Source: the human T2T-CHM13v2.0 reference genome, Homo sapiens
Direction: 5' to 3' (one strand)
Assembly (NCBI RefSeq): GCF_009914755.1
Contig: NC_060937.1
DNA length: 64,000 bases
This document shows, piece by piece, positions 14,009-26,042 of the stretch (positions are counted from its first letter, which is position 1; each line of letters starts with the position of its first letter). A model generated the notes under the pieces. That model ran no database searches and was not told where the DNA came from. It saw only the letters and a list, made by a program, of their open reading frames with translations. The position numbers and the translations under genes are program-made.

Positions 14009-15721
14009 TAGTTAAAAATAGCTAATTTAATTAAGTGGAAAGATTTTTCTCTGAGAACTGGAAAAGGACAAGGATGCTCACTCTCATCACTTTTATTTAA
14101 CATAGTATGAGAAATCCTAATCAGAGAATCTAGGCAAGAGAAAGAAATATGGAGCATACAAATTAGAAAACAGAAAGTCAAATTGTTCCTCCTTTGTAGA
14201 AGTTATAATCTTATATATTTTTTAAAATGCCTATAAACTTTACTGAAAAAACTTTCAGAACTGGTAAAGTATATTTAGCAAAGTTTCAGGATACAAAATC
14301 AGCATACAAATATCAGTAGCATTTCTATACACTAATCATGAAAATAAATCAAACAAGCAATTCTATTTATAATAAGTTACAAAAAACACCTAGGAATAAA
14401 TTTAAATGAGGAAGTGAAATATATCTACAATAAAAACTACAGAACACTGTGGAAAAAAAAATTGAGGACACACAAAATGGAAAGACATTAATTTTCATGG
14501 ATTGAAAGCATTAATATTGTTAAAATTATCATACTAACTAAACAATTTGTAGATTCTGTGCAATTTCTATGAAAACAACAATGGCATTCTTCACAAAATG
14601 GGAAAACAATGTTATAAATTATATGGAACCACAACAGACCCTAAATAGTAAAAGCAACCCTGAGCAGAAAAATACAAACCTGGAGGCATCACACTACCTG
14701 ACTTCCAATTATTCTACAAAGCTATAATAACCGAATAAGCATTGTAGAGACGTAAAAACAGACACATGGACCAATGGAACAGAAGAGAGTGCCCAGATAT
14801 AAATCCATGCATTTATAGACAAATCATCGTTGACGAAGGTGGCAAGAGCAGACAATCGTGAAAGGGAAGTGTCTTTAATAAACAACTATTTATTAAAGAA
14901 TGGAAAAACTAAGTAACCATATGCAGAAGAATGAAACTAGACCCATATCTCTCATTACATACAAAAATCAAATTAAAATATGTCAAAGACTTAAATCTCT
15001 TACCTGAAACTACAAAATAGCTAGAATAAAACAAGGAAGAAACACAGCAGAACACTGGCCTGAGCAAAGATTTTTTGTGTAAGACCTCAAAGCACAGACA
15101 ACAAAAGTAGAAGTGGACAATTGGGATTATATCAAGATACAGAGCTTCTGCACAGCAAAGAAAAAGTAAACAAAGTGAAGACAGAACCCACACAGTAAGA
15201 GTAAGTATTTGCAGACTATCCATCTGACAAGAGATTAATAACTAGAATATATATGAAACTAAAACAACTCAATAGCAAAAACAAATAATCTGATTAAAAA
15301 TTGGCAAAAGATCTTACCAGAAATTACTCAAAATAAGAAATGAAAAATGCTCAACATCACTAGTCATCAAATGAATTCATACAATGAAATATCATCCTAC
15401 CCTAGTTAAAAATTACTTTTTTTCGAAAACACAAGGAATAATAGATGCTGGCAAGGAGATAGAGAAAAAGTAACACTTGTACACTGTTTGGGGGGATATA
15501 AATTAATACAACCACTATGGAAAGTGAGGTTCCTCTAAAAATTACAAAAAGCACTGATATGATATAGGATTTCCACTACTGGATTTATTATAAAAAAAGA
15601 AAATCAATGTATTCAAGAGATATCTGCACTCTCGTGTTTATCGCAGCCCTGTTCACAATAGCAAAGGTACAGAATCAATTAAAGTGTCCATCAGTTGATG
15701 AAAGAAGAGAGAAAATATGCT

Positions 15722-16989
15722 TGTATTAGTCCATTCTCACATTACACAAAAAAATTCCCTGAGACTGGGTAATTTGTAAACAAAAGAAGTTTAATTGGCT
15801 CACAGTTCCACAGGCTGTACAGGAAGCGTAATGCTGGCATCTGCTCAGCTTCTGGGGAGGCCTCAGGAAGCTTACAACCATGGGGGAAAACAAAGGGGGA
15901 GCAAGATGTCTTATATGGCAGGAGCAAGAGCAAGAAAGAGGAGGAGTGGTACTACATACGTTTTTTTCTTTTTTATATTATACTTTAAGTTCTGGGGTCC
16001 ATGTGCAGAATCTGCAGGTTTGTTACGTAGGTATACACGTGCCATGGTGGTGTGCTGCACCCATAAACCGGTCACCTACATTAGGTATTTCTCCTAATGC
16101 TATCCCTCTCCTAGTCCCCCACCCCCCAACAAGCCCTGATGTGTGATATTCCCCACCCTGTGTCCATGTGTTCTTATTATTCAACTCCCAGTTATCAGTG
16201 AGAAAATGTGGCGTTTGGTTTTCTGTTCTTGTGTTAGTTTGATGAGAATGATGGTTTCCAGCAGTTTCATCCATGTCCCTGCAAAGGATATGAACTCATC
16301 CTTTTTTATGGCTGCATAGTATTCCATGGTGTATATGTGCCACATTTTCTTTATCCAGTCTATCATTGATGGACATTTGGGTTGGTTCCAAGTCTTTGCT
16401 ATTGTGAATACTGCCACAATAAACAGGTTGTTCAGTTCCCATGTAGTTGTCCAGTTTTGAATGAGTTTCTTAATCTTGAGTTCTGATTTGATTGCACTGT
16501 GGTCTGAAACTGCTATGATTTCCATATTTTGCATTTGCTGAGGAGTGTTTTACTTCCAATTATGTGGTCAATTTTAGAATAAGTGTGATGAGTTGCTGAG
16601 AAGAATGTATATTCTGTTGATTTGGGGTGGAGAGTTTTGTAGATGTCTATTAGGTCCACTTGGTCCACAGCTGAGTTCAAGTCCTGAATATCCTTGTTAA
16701 TATCCTGTCTCGTTGATCTGTCTAATATTGACAGTGGGGTGTTAAAGTCTCCCACTATTATTGTGTGGGAGTCTAAGTCTCTTTGTAGGTCTCTAAGAGC
16801 TTGCTTTAACCAGATCTCATGAGAACTCACTCATTATCATGAGAACAGCACAGCAGCAAGGGTAATAGTGATAAACAGTCATGATAAACTGCCTTCAAGA
16901 TCCAATCACTTCCCACCAGGCTCCACCTCCAACATTGGGGATTACAAATGTATATAAGATTTGGGCAAGGACACAGATCAAAACTATCA
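15722..16989 (-). mobile_element. MSTA-like MaLR solo LTR split by an L1 (15722-15960 and 16809-16989)
   Basis: tgtattagtccattctc…ggctcacagttccacaggctgtacaggaagc and cagatctcatgagaactcac…ggacacagatcaaaactatca. Confidence 0.9.
15961..16808 (-). mobile_element. L1PA7-like insertion with large internal ORF2 deletion
   Basis: 3' end at 15961-16425 joined directly to endonuclease-domain sequence at 16424-16808 (ORF 16513..16830: DLDSHTIIVGDFNTPLS…YSKIDHIIGSK). Confidence 0.92.
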
Positions 16990-17490
16990 GTGGTCTATAT
17001 ACACAATGAAATATTATTGTCATAAAAATAGTAGTAAAATTTTGTCATTTGCAGCAACATGGATGAAATTGGCAGTCATTATGTTAAGTAAACTATGACA
17101 AGCACAGAAAAACAAATACTGCATGGTCTCACTCATATATGGGAGCTAAAAAATTAGATCTCATGAAGGTAGAGTATATTGGTAGTACCAAAAGCTAGGT
17201 AGGTGAGGGGGAAGAGAGGGATGAAGATAAATTGATTAATTTATACAAATACACAGTTAGACAGACAAAAAGAAGACAGTGTTCGATAGATCTGTAGGGT
17301 AACTATCATTAGTAATAATTTATTTTACTTGTAAAAATAGCTAGAAAATGCAATTTGAATGTTACTAGCATAACAAGGATAAGTATATAAAGTGATGAAT
17401 ATTCCAATTGCTCTGATTTGATCTTTACATGTTATATATCAAAATATCATATATACTTCCCAAATAGGTATGACTATTTTGTATCTAAAA

Positions 17491-18300
17491 AAATGGCTAT
17501 TGTCAAAAGAGTAAAATTAACAATGGTGAGGATGCAGAGAAAAGGGAACTCTTGTACACTGTTGGTGGGAATATAAATTTGTATAGTAATTATTAAAACA
17601 GTATGGAAGTTCCTAAAAAAACTAAAAATGAAACGAACATCTGATCCAGCAATCCCAGTACTTGGTATTAACGCAAAGGAAAGAAAATCATTATATGGAA
17701 GAGATATCTACACCTCCATGTTTATTGTGGCACTGGTCACAATAGCCAAAATATGGAATCAACGTTTTATTAACAGATGAATGGATAAAGAAAATGTGGT
17801 ATATATACACAATAAAATCTTATTCATCCATAAAAAAGAATGAAATCCTGTCATTAACAGCAACATGGATGAGTCTGAAGGACATTGTGTTAGGTGAAAT
17901 GTTAGACACACAATGAGAAGTACTACATGCTCTCACTGATATATGGGTGCTAAAAACGTTGATTGCATAGAAATAGAGAGTAGAATTGTGATTATTCGAG
18001 GCTTGGGAAAAGTAACATGGGAAGAGATAATAATGAAAGATTCATTAATGAACACAAAATTATAGCTAGATAAGTAGAATAATTTCTAGTGTATTATAGC
18101 ACTCTTGAGTCATTATAGTTGCAGTAACTCATTATATATTTTCAAATAGCTAGAAGAGAAGATATTGAATGTTCTAAATACAAAGGTGTGATAGAGGTCT
18201 GAAGTGATGGATATGTTTATTACCCTGATTTGATGATTATATATTGTATAAATGTATCAAAATATTACTCTGTACCACATGAACATATACAATTATTAAG
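17491..18300 (+). mobile_element. Second L1MA 3' segment (ORF2 C-terminus and 3'UTR)
   Basis: ggtgaggatgcagagaaaagggaactcttgtacactgttggtggg…gatccagcaatcccagt…aaatagctagaagagaag. Confidence 0.88.
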
Positions 18301-18302
18301 TG

Positions 18303-18429
18303 TATATATGTACACACACCTAATTAGGTGTATATTGTATGTATGTGTATGTATATATAGTATGTCTTACATATACATATATATGTATAGACACATACAT
18401 ATACACCTAATTAGGTGTATATACATATA
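18303..18429. repeat. TA/TG-rich imperfect inverted repeat with two ACACCTAATTAGGTGT palindromes
   Basis: 16-bp palindrome at 18316-18331; 24-bp perfect palindrome at 18399-18422. Confidence 0.85.
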
Positions 18430-18660
18430 AAATTAAAATTAAATTACAGAAAATTATTATGGAGTAGAAAGTATCTGAATATTCTTGGAAATTTTAGAAG
18501 AATAATAGTAAGAGTGTTCTTGACTCACTAATATTTAAACATTTTTAAATGCCATTAAAGTTGTTGGCATTGCACACAAAGAGAAAGTGGAACAAAACAC
18601 AATTCTAGATGAAAGTAGCTATGGAAATTTTAAAATGATACGACTGAAAGGCAAAAGGTA

Positions 18661-18981
18661 GGCTGGACACGGTGGCTCATGCCTGTAATCCCAGCACTTT
18701 GGGAGGCTGAGGTGGGTGGGCTATGAGGTCAGGAGCAAGGCCAGCCTGGCCAACATAGTGAAACCCCGTCTCTACTAAAAATACAAAAAAAAAAAAAAAA
18801 TAGCTGGGCATGGTGGCACATGCCTGTAGTCTCAACTACTCAGGAGGCTGAATCAGGAGAACTGCTTGAACCCAGAAGGTGGAGGTTGTGGTGAGTTGAG
18901 ATTGTGCCATTGCACTCCAGCCTGGGTGACAGAGAGAGACTCTGTTTCAAAAAAATAAATAAATAAAAATTAAAAAATAAA
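18661..18981 (+). mobile_element. AluS (Sg-like)
   Basis: Full dimer; TSD aaaggcaaaagg at 18647-18658 and 18982-18993. Confidence 0.92.
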
Positions 18982-19029
18982 AAAGGCAAAAGGGTTAATT
19001 CTTGCAATGAGAAAAAAAATTCAACTTTG

Positions 19030-20040
19030 TAAGGATCTGTGCAAAACTGTCTCTATATCTGGATAAAATCACAGCTAAATCTCTGCCTTGCTATATACAT
19101 AAATTGAAACCTGGTGAATTAAAGTCTTAAATAGAAAATATAAAACAGAAAATTAGAGGGAAAACTATAAGGATATTTAATAGTGTTGAGATGAACTTAC
19201 CTCATAAAGAACAGTAAAACTGTAGAAACCCTGAAAAAACATATGTATATATAGTCTACATTAAAAACTAAACATCTGTGGCAAAATAAATCACAATTAA
19301 ATTTAAAAGAAAAACATACCTAAGTAACCATATATATATATATATATAGATATATATATATATATGTATGTATGTATATCTCAATATATAACCCTATATA
19401 TATCAATAAAGGGCAAATAAGACTAAAAATGAAAATCATATTAATACAAAAATAGAAGCAACTCAATAAATAATGCTTAATACATATGTAGAAACAATTT
19501 ACAGAGGAAAACAAATGCTAATCCTGACCTCATGAAAAAAATGCCTAATTTCTCTAGATGTTAAAATATGCATATTATTAATACAAAAAGTATCACATCA
19601 TTCCTTCATAAAAATTGTAAATATTTTTTAAACAATGATAATATCCACTATTTTTTAAATCAGGGAAATAAACCTATATATTAATGTCAAGAGCTTAAAG
19701 TGTTTCTTCAGTTTAAAAAGAAATCTAACAAGATCTTTTAAAACCTATGGCATAAAGAAGACCTTCAGTCAGAATTATGCTTTTGGAAATTTATCTGATC
19801 ACAACAAAATCCCAGTATATAAGGATATAGGCATAATGATATTTCTTCCACAGTTGTTTTGGATTTTTAAAAAAGACACAAATCTTACTGCCCATCAGTT
19901 GAAGAATGAATAAATTGTCATTTATTTATAATATAGAAGCTTACACCACCTACTATAAAAATGAGTTAGATCTGTATGAATTAACTTGAAGGAATAACCA
20001 TTGATACTTTATCAAATGAGAAAAGCAAGTTATAGAGTAG
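19030..20040 (+). mobile_element. Ancient L1ME-like ORF2 3'/3'UTR fragments, containing a (TA)n/(TATG)n tract at ~19330-19378
   Basis: gaattaaagtcttaaat…aaacaatttacagaggaaaacaaatgc…tgcccatcagttgaagaatg…aaatgagaaaagcaagttatag. Confidence 0.65.
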
Positions 20041-20782
20041 TTAGAATTTAGCATCTGAAAATTTTACTATAAGCTTAGTCCTTTACCTCAGATGAACTAA
20101 CATCCCAATATATACTTAATCTGATTTCTCCCCTCTTATAGATATTAAAATCCAAAGCCTGGAAAGTAGATGACCTACCTCTATTAATATTGCAGACGTC
20201 TATTACCATAAGAATTACTGTACAGAATTAGTCAAATAATTTTCATTCAAAGAATATGGAATACATCAGATATTACAAAGTAAGTCTATCAGGCAAGGTA
20301 TTAGTTGTCTCTCTGATGAGTAATTATAATAAATATATGTTGTACAAAATTCAGCCATTGATTATTGTACTATATATTTATTTCTCAAGCAGTGCCTCCA
20401 TAAAGAGGACAAGTGACTGTCACATAAATGTAAAAGCACATTTCACATAAGAATCTGTTATTCACACCCTCCTTGCAGAAAATGCCTAGAATATATTTAA
20501 GAAAGGCATACTTCTTTCCCTATGCACATTTTCCCATTGAAATTGTGTGTTTTGTTTTTGTTTTTATACCAGTTCTACTTAATAAAATTCCAAATATCAT
20601 TGCTCATTTTGACAATCAGTTACTTCCTTAGTTTCTTTAGTCACAGCGACACCAAGTTTTCTTTGCTGTCTTTGAAAATAGGTAGCTGTTTCCTTACACC
20701 CTTTATTTCATTGCATTCTAACTACGTGTTTATAAGTCTTCCGCTTCTACCTGGTAGGTATATGGACCTTGCTTTTGTGGAT

Positions 20783-20960
20783 GGTCATGTCATAGAGTGT
20801 AAAGAACATATGCCTTCAAGCCAGGCAGATATGAATTCAGATTTTGTTTCCATAATTTCACTCTAACTTGGATTTTTGAATAAGTCAAGTACTTTATCTG
20901 AGACTCATGTTTTGAATCTAGGATTTGAACAATAATAAATAACACGTATGTTTGGCATCA
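20783..20960 (+). mobile_element. MIR SINE
   Basis: gccttcaagccaggcagatatgaattcaga…aataagtcaagtactttatctgagactca. Confidence 0.6.
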
Positions 20961-22301
20961 AATGAGGACACAAAATGTAAGACAAAGGTGTTGTTTTCCT
21001 TTCCATACTTTCCTACTATACTTAGTTTATTGAAGTTGGGAGCATATTCATATTCTTCTCCATCACAGTTTTATAGTACAATGATTCATAAATATTTTTC
21101 AATGAAGATTTATCTGAGAGTAAGTTTACTAGTTACTTCATCTGAACAAAATAAAACATCTCTTCTTTGAGTTACAAAACAATAATATACAAGGTAGCAT
21201 TATTAATTTTATCTATATATAGGAATTTTAAAAGCACTCTGTAATACTTTTTTGTAGCTATTTTTAATAGTGTCTTATGATGAACTTCATTTTATTCTTA
21301 TCTGATATTAATTTTCTTAATTCTTAGATATTCTCTATTTAATAATTTTGCTCACAGTTTGATACTTAAATGCTGTCCACAATATGAGATACCATTATAA
21401 GAACTACAATAACATTTTACAAAGGCTTATTTATAACCTCTACATCAGTAGATTCTAATGTACAACTTAATTTGATAGCCATAGCACATAAATATATTTA
21501 AAGATTATATGAAGTCTTGATGTCCAAAATGATTACTTCCATGACTCCATTTTAACTGCTTATATTTAAAATGGATCTTAAATAAAAATTATTTGACTTG
21601 TCATTTTTGATGTGTCACTTTTCCTAAAATTTTATGTATTTTACTTTTTTCATGTTTTACAGTACATTATTTTAGTTACAAATTGGTGTTTGGTTTTTGG
21701 TGCAATTGAAATAATCAACAACTGAACCAAAAAAGTGTTCTAAGTTTACTTCACTGCTCATAAGGAAATAGAGGATCAAAATAATTCCACTGCTAATTAT
21801 TATTTTTATTTTCTAAAAGTAAACAACAACCAAAGCCAGGTACGTTTTCATTAGTGGAGTAGTTCAGTTGAAAGTAGCTTGCTATATCTGGGTCACTCAG
21901 TTCATTACCCTGTGTGGTCTCTTCTTCACCAGCAAGCTTAATCACCTGAAGTCTGAAGCCACATCTATCAGTCTCTTTCAACTTCTAACTCTCTATTTAG
22001 TAACTTTTTCACTGTGCAACTCAAGGACTTTCTATTTTTCCTAAGACTTTATTATCTTTAACTGTTCTCTATACATAAATCCTTTCTTTTAAAAATTATC
22101 TCGAGTAAAGACATTGTGCGTATCTGAAACATTGTATTTCAGAGAAAAAAATGTTAAGATAAACTTTAGTGAAAGAAGAAACACCATTTTTGTTGAATTA
22201 GGTAAGATATTTAATAGGAACTTTAAATGTTTTAAGGAGGGAAGCTTAAATTTTCCATTTTCTTATATCTAATTAGGAGGAAACTTCGATTGCATTCTCT
22301 G

Positions 22302-22623
<322 letters not shown>

Positions 22624-22697
22624 GACACCAAGCCGTTTATCCAGAAATTGACTGCATATTTGTTATTAATAATAATAATAATACACAGAAATTTTGA

Positions 22698-23040
<343 letters not shown>

Positions 23041-23176
23041 GAAAAGTGATATCTTAAGTACTATCGTACAAAAACAGTAGTAGAATTAGCGGAATTTTTG
23101 GCACAAGGCTCTTGTGTTCTAGCATGACACACCTAAGGTATTGGGTTAGTAAACACAACCATTTAATTCATGCAGG

Positions 23177-24536
23177 TGACAGGTGACAGCGTGCTGGCAG
23201 TCCTCACAGCCCTTGCTTGCTCTCGGCGCCTCCTCTGCCTGGGCTCCCACATTGGCGGCACTTAAGGAGCCCTTCAGCCCGCCGCTGCACTGTGGGAGCC
23301 CCTTTCTGGGCTGGCCAAGGCCGGAGCCGGCTCCCTCAGCTTGCAGGGAGGTGTGGATGGAGAGGCGCAAGCGGGAACCGGGGCTGCGCACGGTGCTTGC
23401 GGGCCAGCTGCAGTTCCGGGTGGGCGTGGGCTTGGCGGCCCGCACTCGGAGCAGCCGGCCGGCCCTGCTGGCCCTGGGCAATGAGGGGTTTAGCACCCTG
23501 GCTAGTGGCTGCGGAGGGTGTACTGGGTCCCCCAGCAGTGCCAGCCCACCCGCGCTGCGCTCGATTTCTCGCCGGGCCTTAGCTGCCTTCCCGCGGGGCA
23601 GGGCTCGGGACCTGCAGCCCGCCATGCCTGAGCCTCCCCCCAACCCCGTGGGCTCCTGTGCGGCCCGAGCCTCCCCCATGAGCGCCGCCCCCTGCTCCAG
23701 GGCGCCCAGTCCCATCGACCACCCAAGGGCTGAAGAGTGCGGGCACATGGCGCGGGACTGGCAGGCAGTTCCACCTGCAGCCCCCATGCGGGATCCCCAT
23801 GCGGGATCCCCATGCGGAATCACCATGGGTGAAGCCAGCTGGGCTCCAGAGTCTGGTGGGGACGTGGAGAACCTTTAGTCTAGCTCAGGGATTGTGAATA
23901 CACCGATCAGCACCCTGTGTCTAGCTCAGGGTTTGTGAATGCACCAAACGACACTGTATCTAGCTAATCTGGTGGGGACTTGGAGAACCTTTGTGTCTAG
24001 CTCAGGGATTGTAAATGCACCAATCAGCGCCCTGTCAAAACAGACCACTCGGCTCTACCAATCAACAGGATGTGGGTGGGGCCGATAAGAGAATAAAAGC
24101 AGGCTGCCTGAGCCGGCAGTGGCAACCCCCTGGGGTCCCCTTCCACACTGTGGAAGATTTGTTCCTTCGCTCTTTGCAATAAATCTTACTACTGCTCACT
24201 CTTTGGGTCCACACTGCTTTTATCAGCTGTAACACTCACCATGAAGGTCTGCAGCTTCACTCCTGAAGCCAGCGAGACCACGAGCCCACCGGGAGGAACG
24301 AACAACTCCAGATGCGCTGCTTTAAGAGCTGTAACACTCACCGCGAAAGTCTGCAGCTTCACTCTTGAGCCAGCCAGACCACCAACCCACCAGAAGGAAG
24401 AAACTCCGAACACATCCGAACATCAGAAGGAACAAACTCCAGACATGCCACCTTAAGAGCTGTAACACTCACCGCGAGGGTCCGCGCCTTCATTGTTGAA
24501 GTCAGTGAGACCAAGAACCCACCAATTCTGGACACA
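23177..24536 (+). mobile_element. Solo LTR12C (ERV9 family), CpG-rich
   Basis: Starts tgacaggtgacagcgtgctggcagtcctcacagccc and ends ccaagaacccaccaattctggacaca. Contains tctagctcaggg/caccaatcagc repeats and gctgtaacactcacc U5 repeats. 4-bp TSD cagg/cggg. Confidence 0.97.
23870..24130 (+). promoter_or_regulatory. ERV9/LTR12 enhancer-promoter: CCAAT (NF-Y) boxes, GGGTGGGG box, GATA site, AATAAAA TATA-like box
   Basis: ccaat at 24020-24024 and 24058-24062; gataag at 24084-24089; aataaaa at 24092-24098. This is the known LTR12 U3 layout; activity at this copy is not shown. Confidence 0.7.
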
Positions 24537-24877
24537 CGGGCATTGAGCACCTTTTATTCATGTCTTTTATCTAGAAAACATTGAGAATTTGATGTGAACA
24601 ACAGAGAAAAGCAGACAACTAACAAGAAAACAGACAATAATGATTAGGAAGCAATCAATTGAAATAGAATTATGAGATATTTATAATAATGATTAGGAAG
24701 AACGCAGCTGAAATGAAATTACCAGGCCTGATACGTGGAAACCTAGATGATTGGGAGAGAGTCTACTGAGAAAGTCACAATAAATCAAATAAGGTTAAGA
24801 ATAAGCCAGTAGGGGAAAAATAGGAGAGAGCATTTCAAGTTCTGAGTGAAAACTTGTAGCTAAAAAAAGGACTTAGC

Positions 24878-25136
<259 letters not shown>

Positions 25137-25277
25137 GAATTTAGCAGCATAGAGAAATTGAACAGAGGGTTGCCACTGAGTCTAGAAGACAATGAATGAG
25201 CAGGAGAATAAGAGGAAGCCAAGTACATAGTGCCTAGATCATTTTATGCTTTCTTGGCTCTGGCAAGAATAAATTGA

Positions 25278-25522
25278 ATATTTACTGAGCAATTGCTTAC
25301 TGTGTGCCAGGTACTATTTAAGTTGCTTTATGAATTAACCCATTTAACTCTAACAACAACCTTTTAAGAGGGTACTATTACAATATTTTATAATGAGGTA
25401 CTGAAACAAATAGTTTAAATAAGTTCTTCAAAACCGCATCACCAGTAAGTCTCTGAGTCAAGATTCTAAACTAAGCAGGCTTATGTAGAGTCTTCTTTTT
25501 TCACAACTATAGCGTGCTTCCT
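25278..25522 (-). mobile_element. MIR SINE
   Basis: tactgtgtgccaggtact…ttaacccatttaactct…aatgaggtactgaa. Confidence 0.75.
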
Positions 25523-25662
25523 GCAGCCAATAAATTCATATGTTGTATTAGAGAAACAATGTGTTATGCTTCAGTTATCAGCTGTGGCCTGAAATGGGAC
25601 ACAGAGATGATGTGGATTGTGACTCTTTTATCATCAATGTTTACCACAGCTAATATTTTTTA

Positions 25663-25698
25663 AATGGTTTAGAGGACAAGAATGGTTTAGAGGACAAG
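25663..25698. repeat. Perfect 18-bp tandem duplication
   Basis: aatggtttagaggacaag x2. Confidence 0.95.
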
Positions 25699-26042
25699 AA
25701 GGGGGATTAAAAAGAATAAAAATGAAAACCTGTTAGATTCGCTCAGACCTAGAGATGATGGTGACTTAAACTACAATGGGGTTCATGGAGATGTAGAGAA
25801 AAGGAAATATGGCCATTTGACATGTATTTTGAAACTAGACATGTTAGGACTTGTCAACATGAGGGAGGGTAAGCAATAAGAATGACATTGAGGATTCTAA
25901 ATTTTGTAACTGATATTGGCCTCTTATGGAGTTGCTACCACTTTTATCCACTTTTATCATCTGTTTATTATCTTCTAATAGTCATTAACCAAACCAAAAT
26001 GAAATTCATCAGCCAAAGAGCTCAGAGTTGGGTAACTATTAT

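Larger units (their letters stand above)
14025..17490 (+). mobile_element. 5'-truncated L1MA, from ORF2 RT to 3' end, interrupted by MSTA and L1PA7
   Basis: gacaaggatgctcactctcatcac (RQGCPLSP region), continuous ORF2 3' half, L1MA-type 3'UTR at 16990-17490; candidate TSD aaaaat(a/g)gcta at 14014-14024 and 17489-17499. Confidence 0.85.

Noticed and set aside
23146-23878. Overlapping 226-aa and 231-aa ORFs and shorter ones
   Set aside because: They lie in the GC-rich U3 of LTR12C, where stops are rare on both strands; no domain is recognisable.
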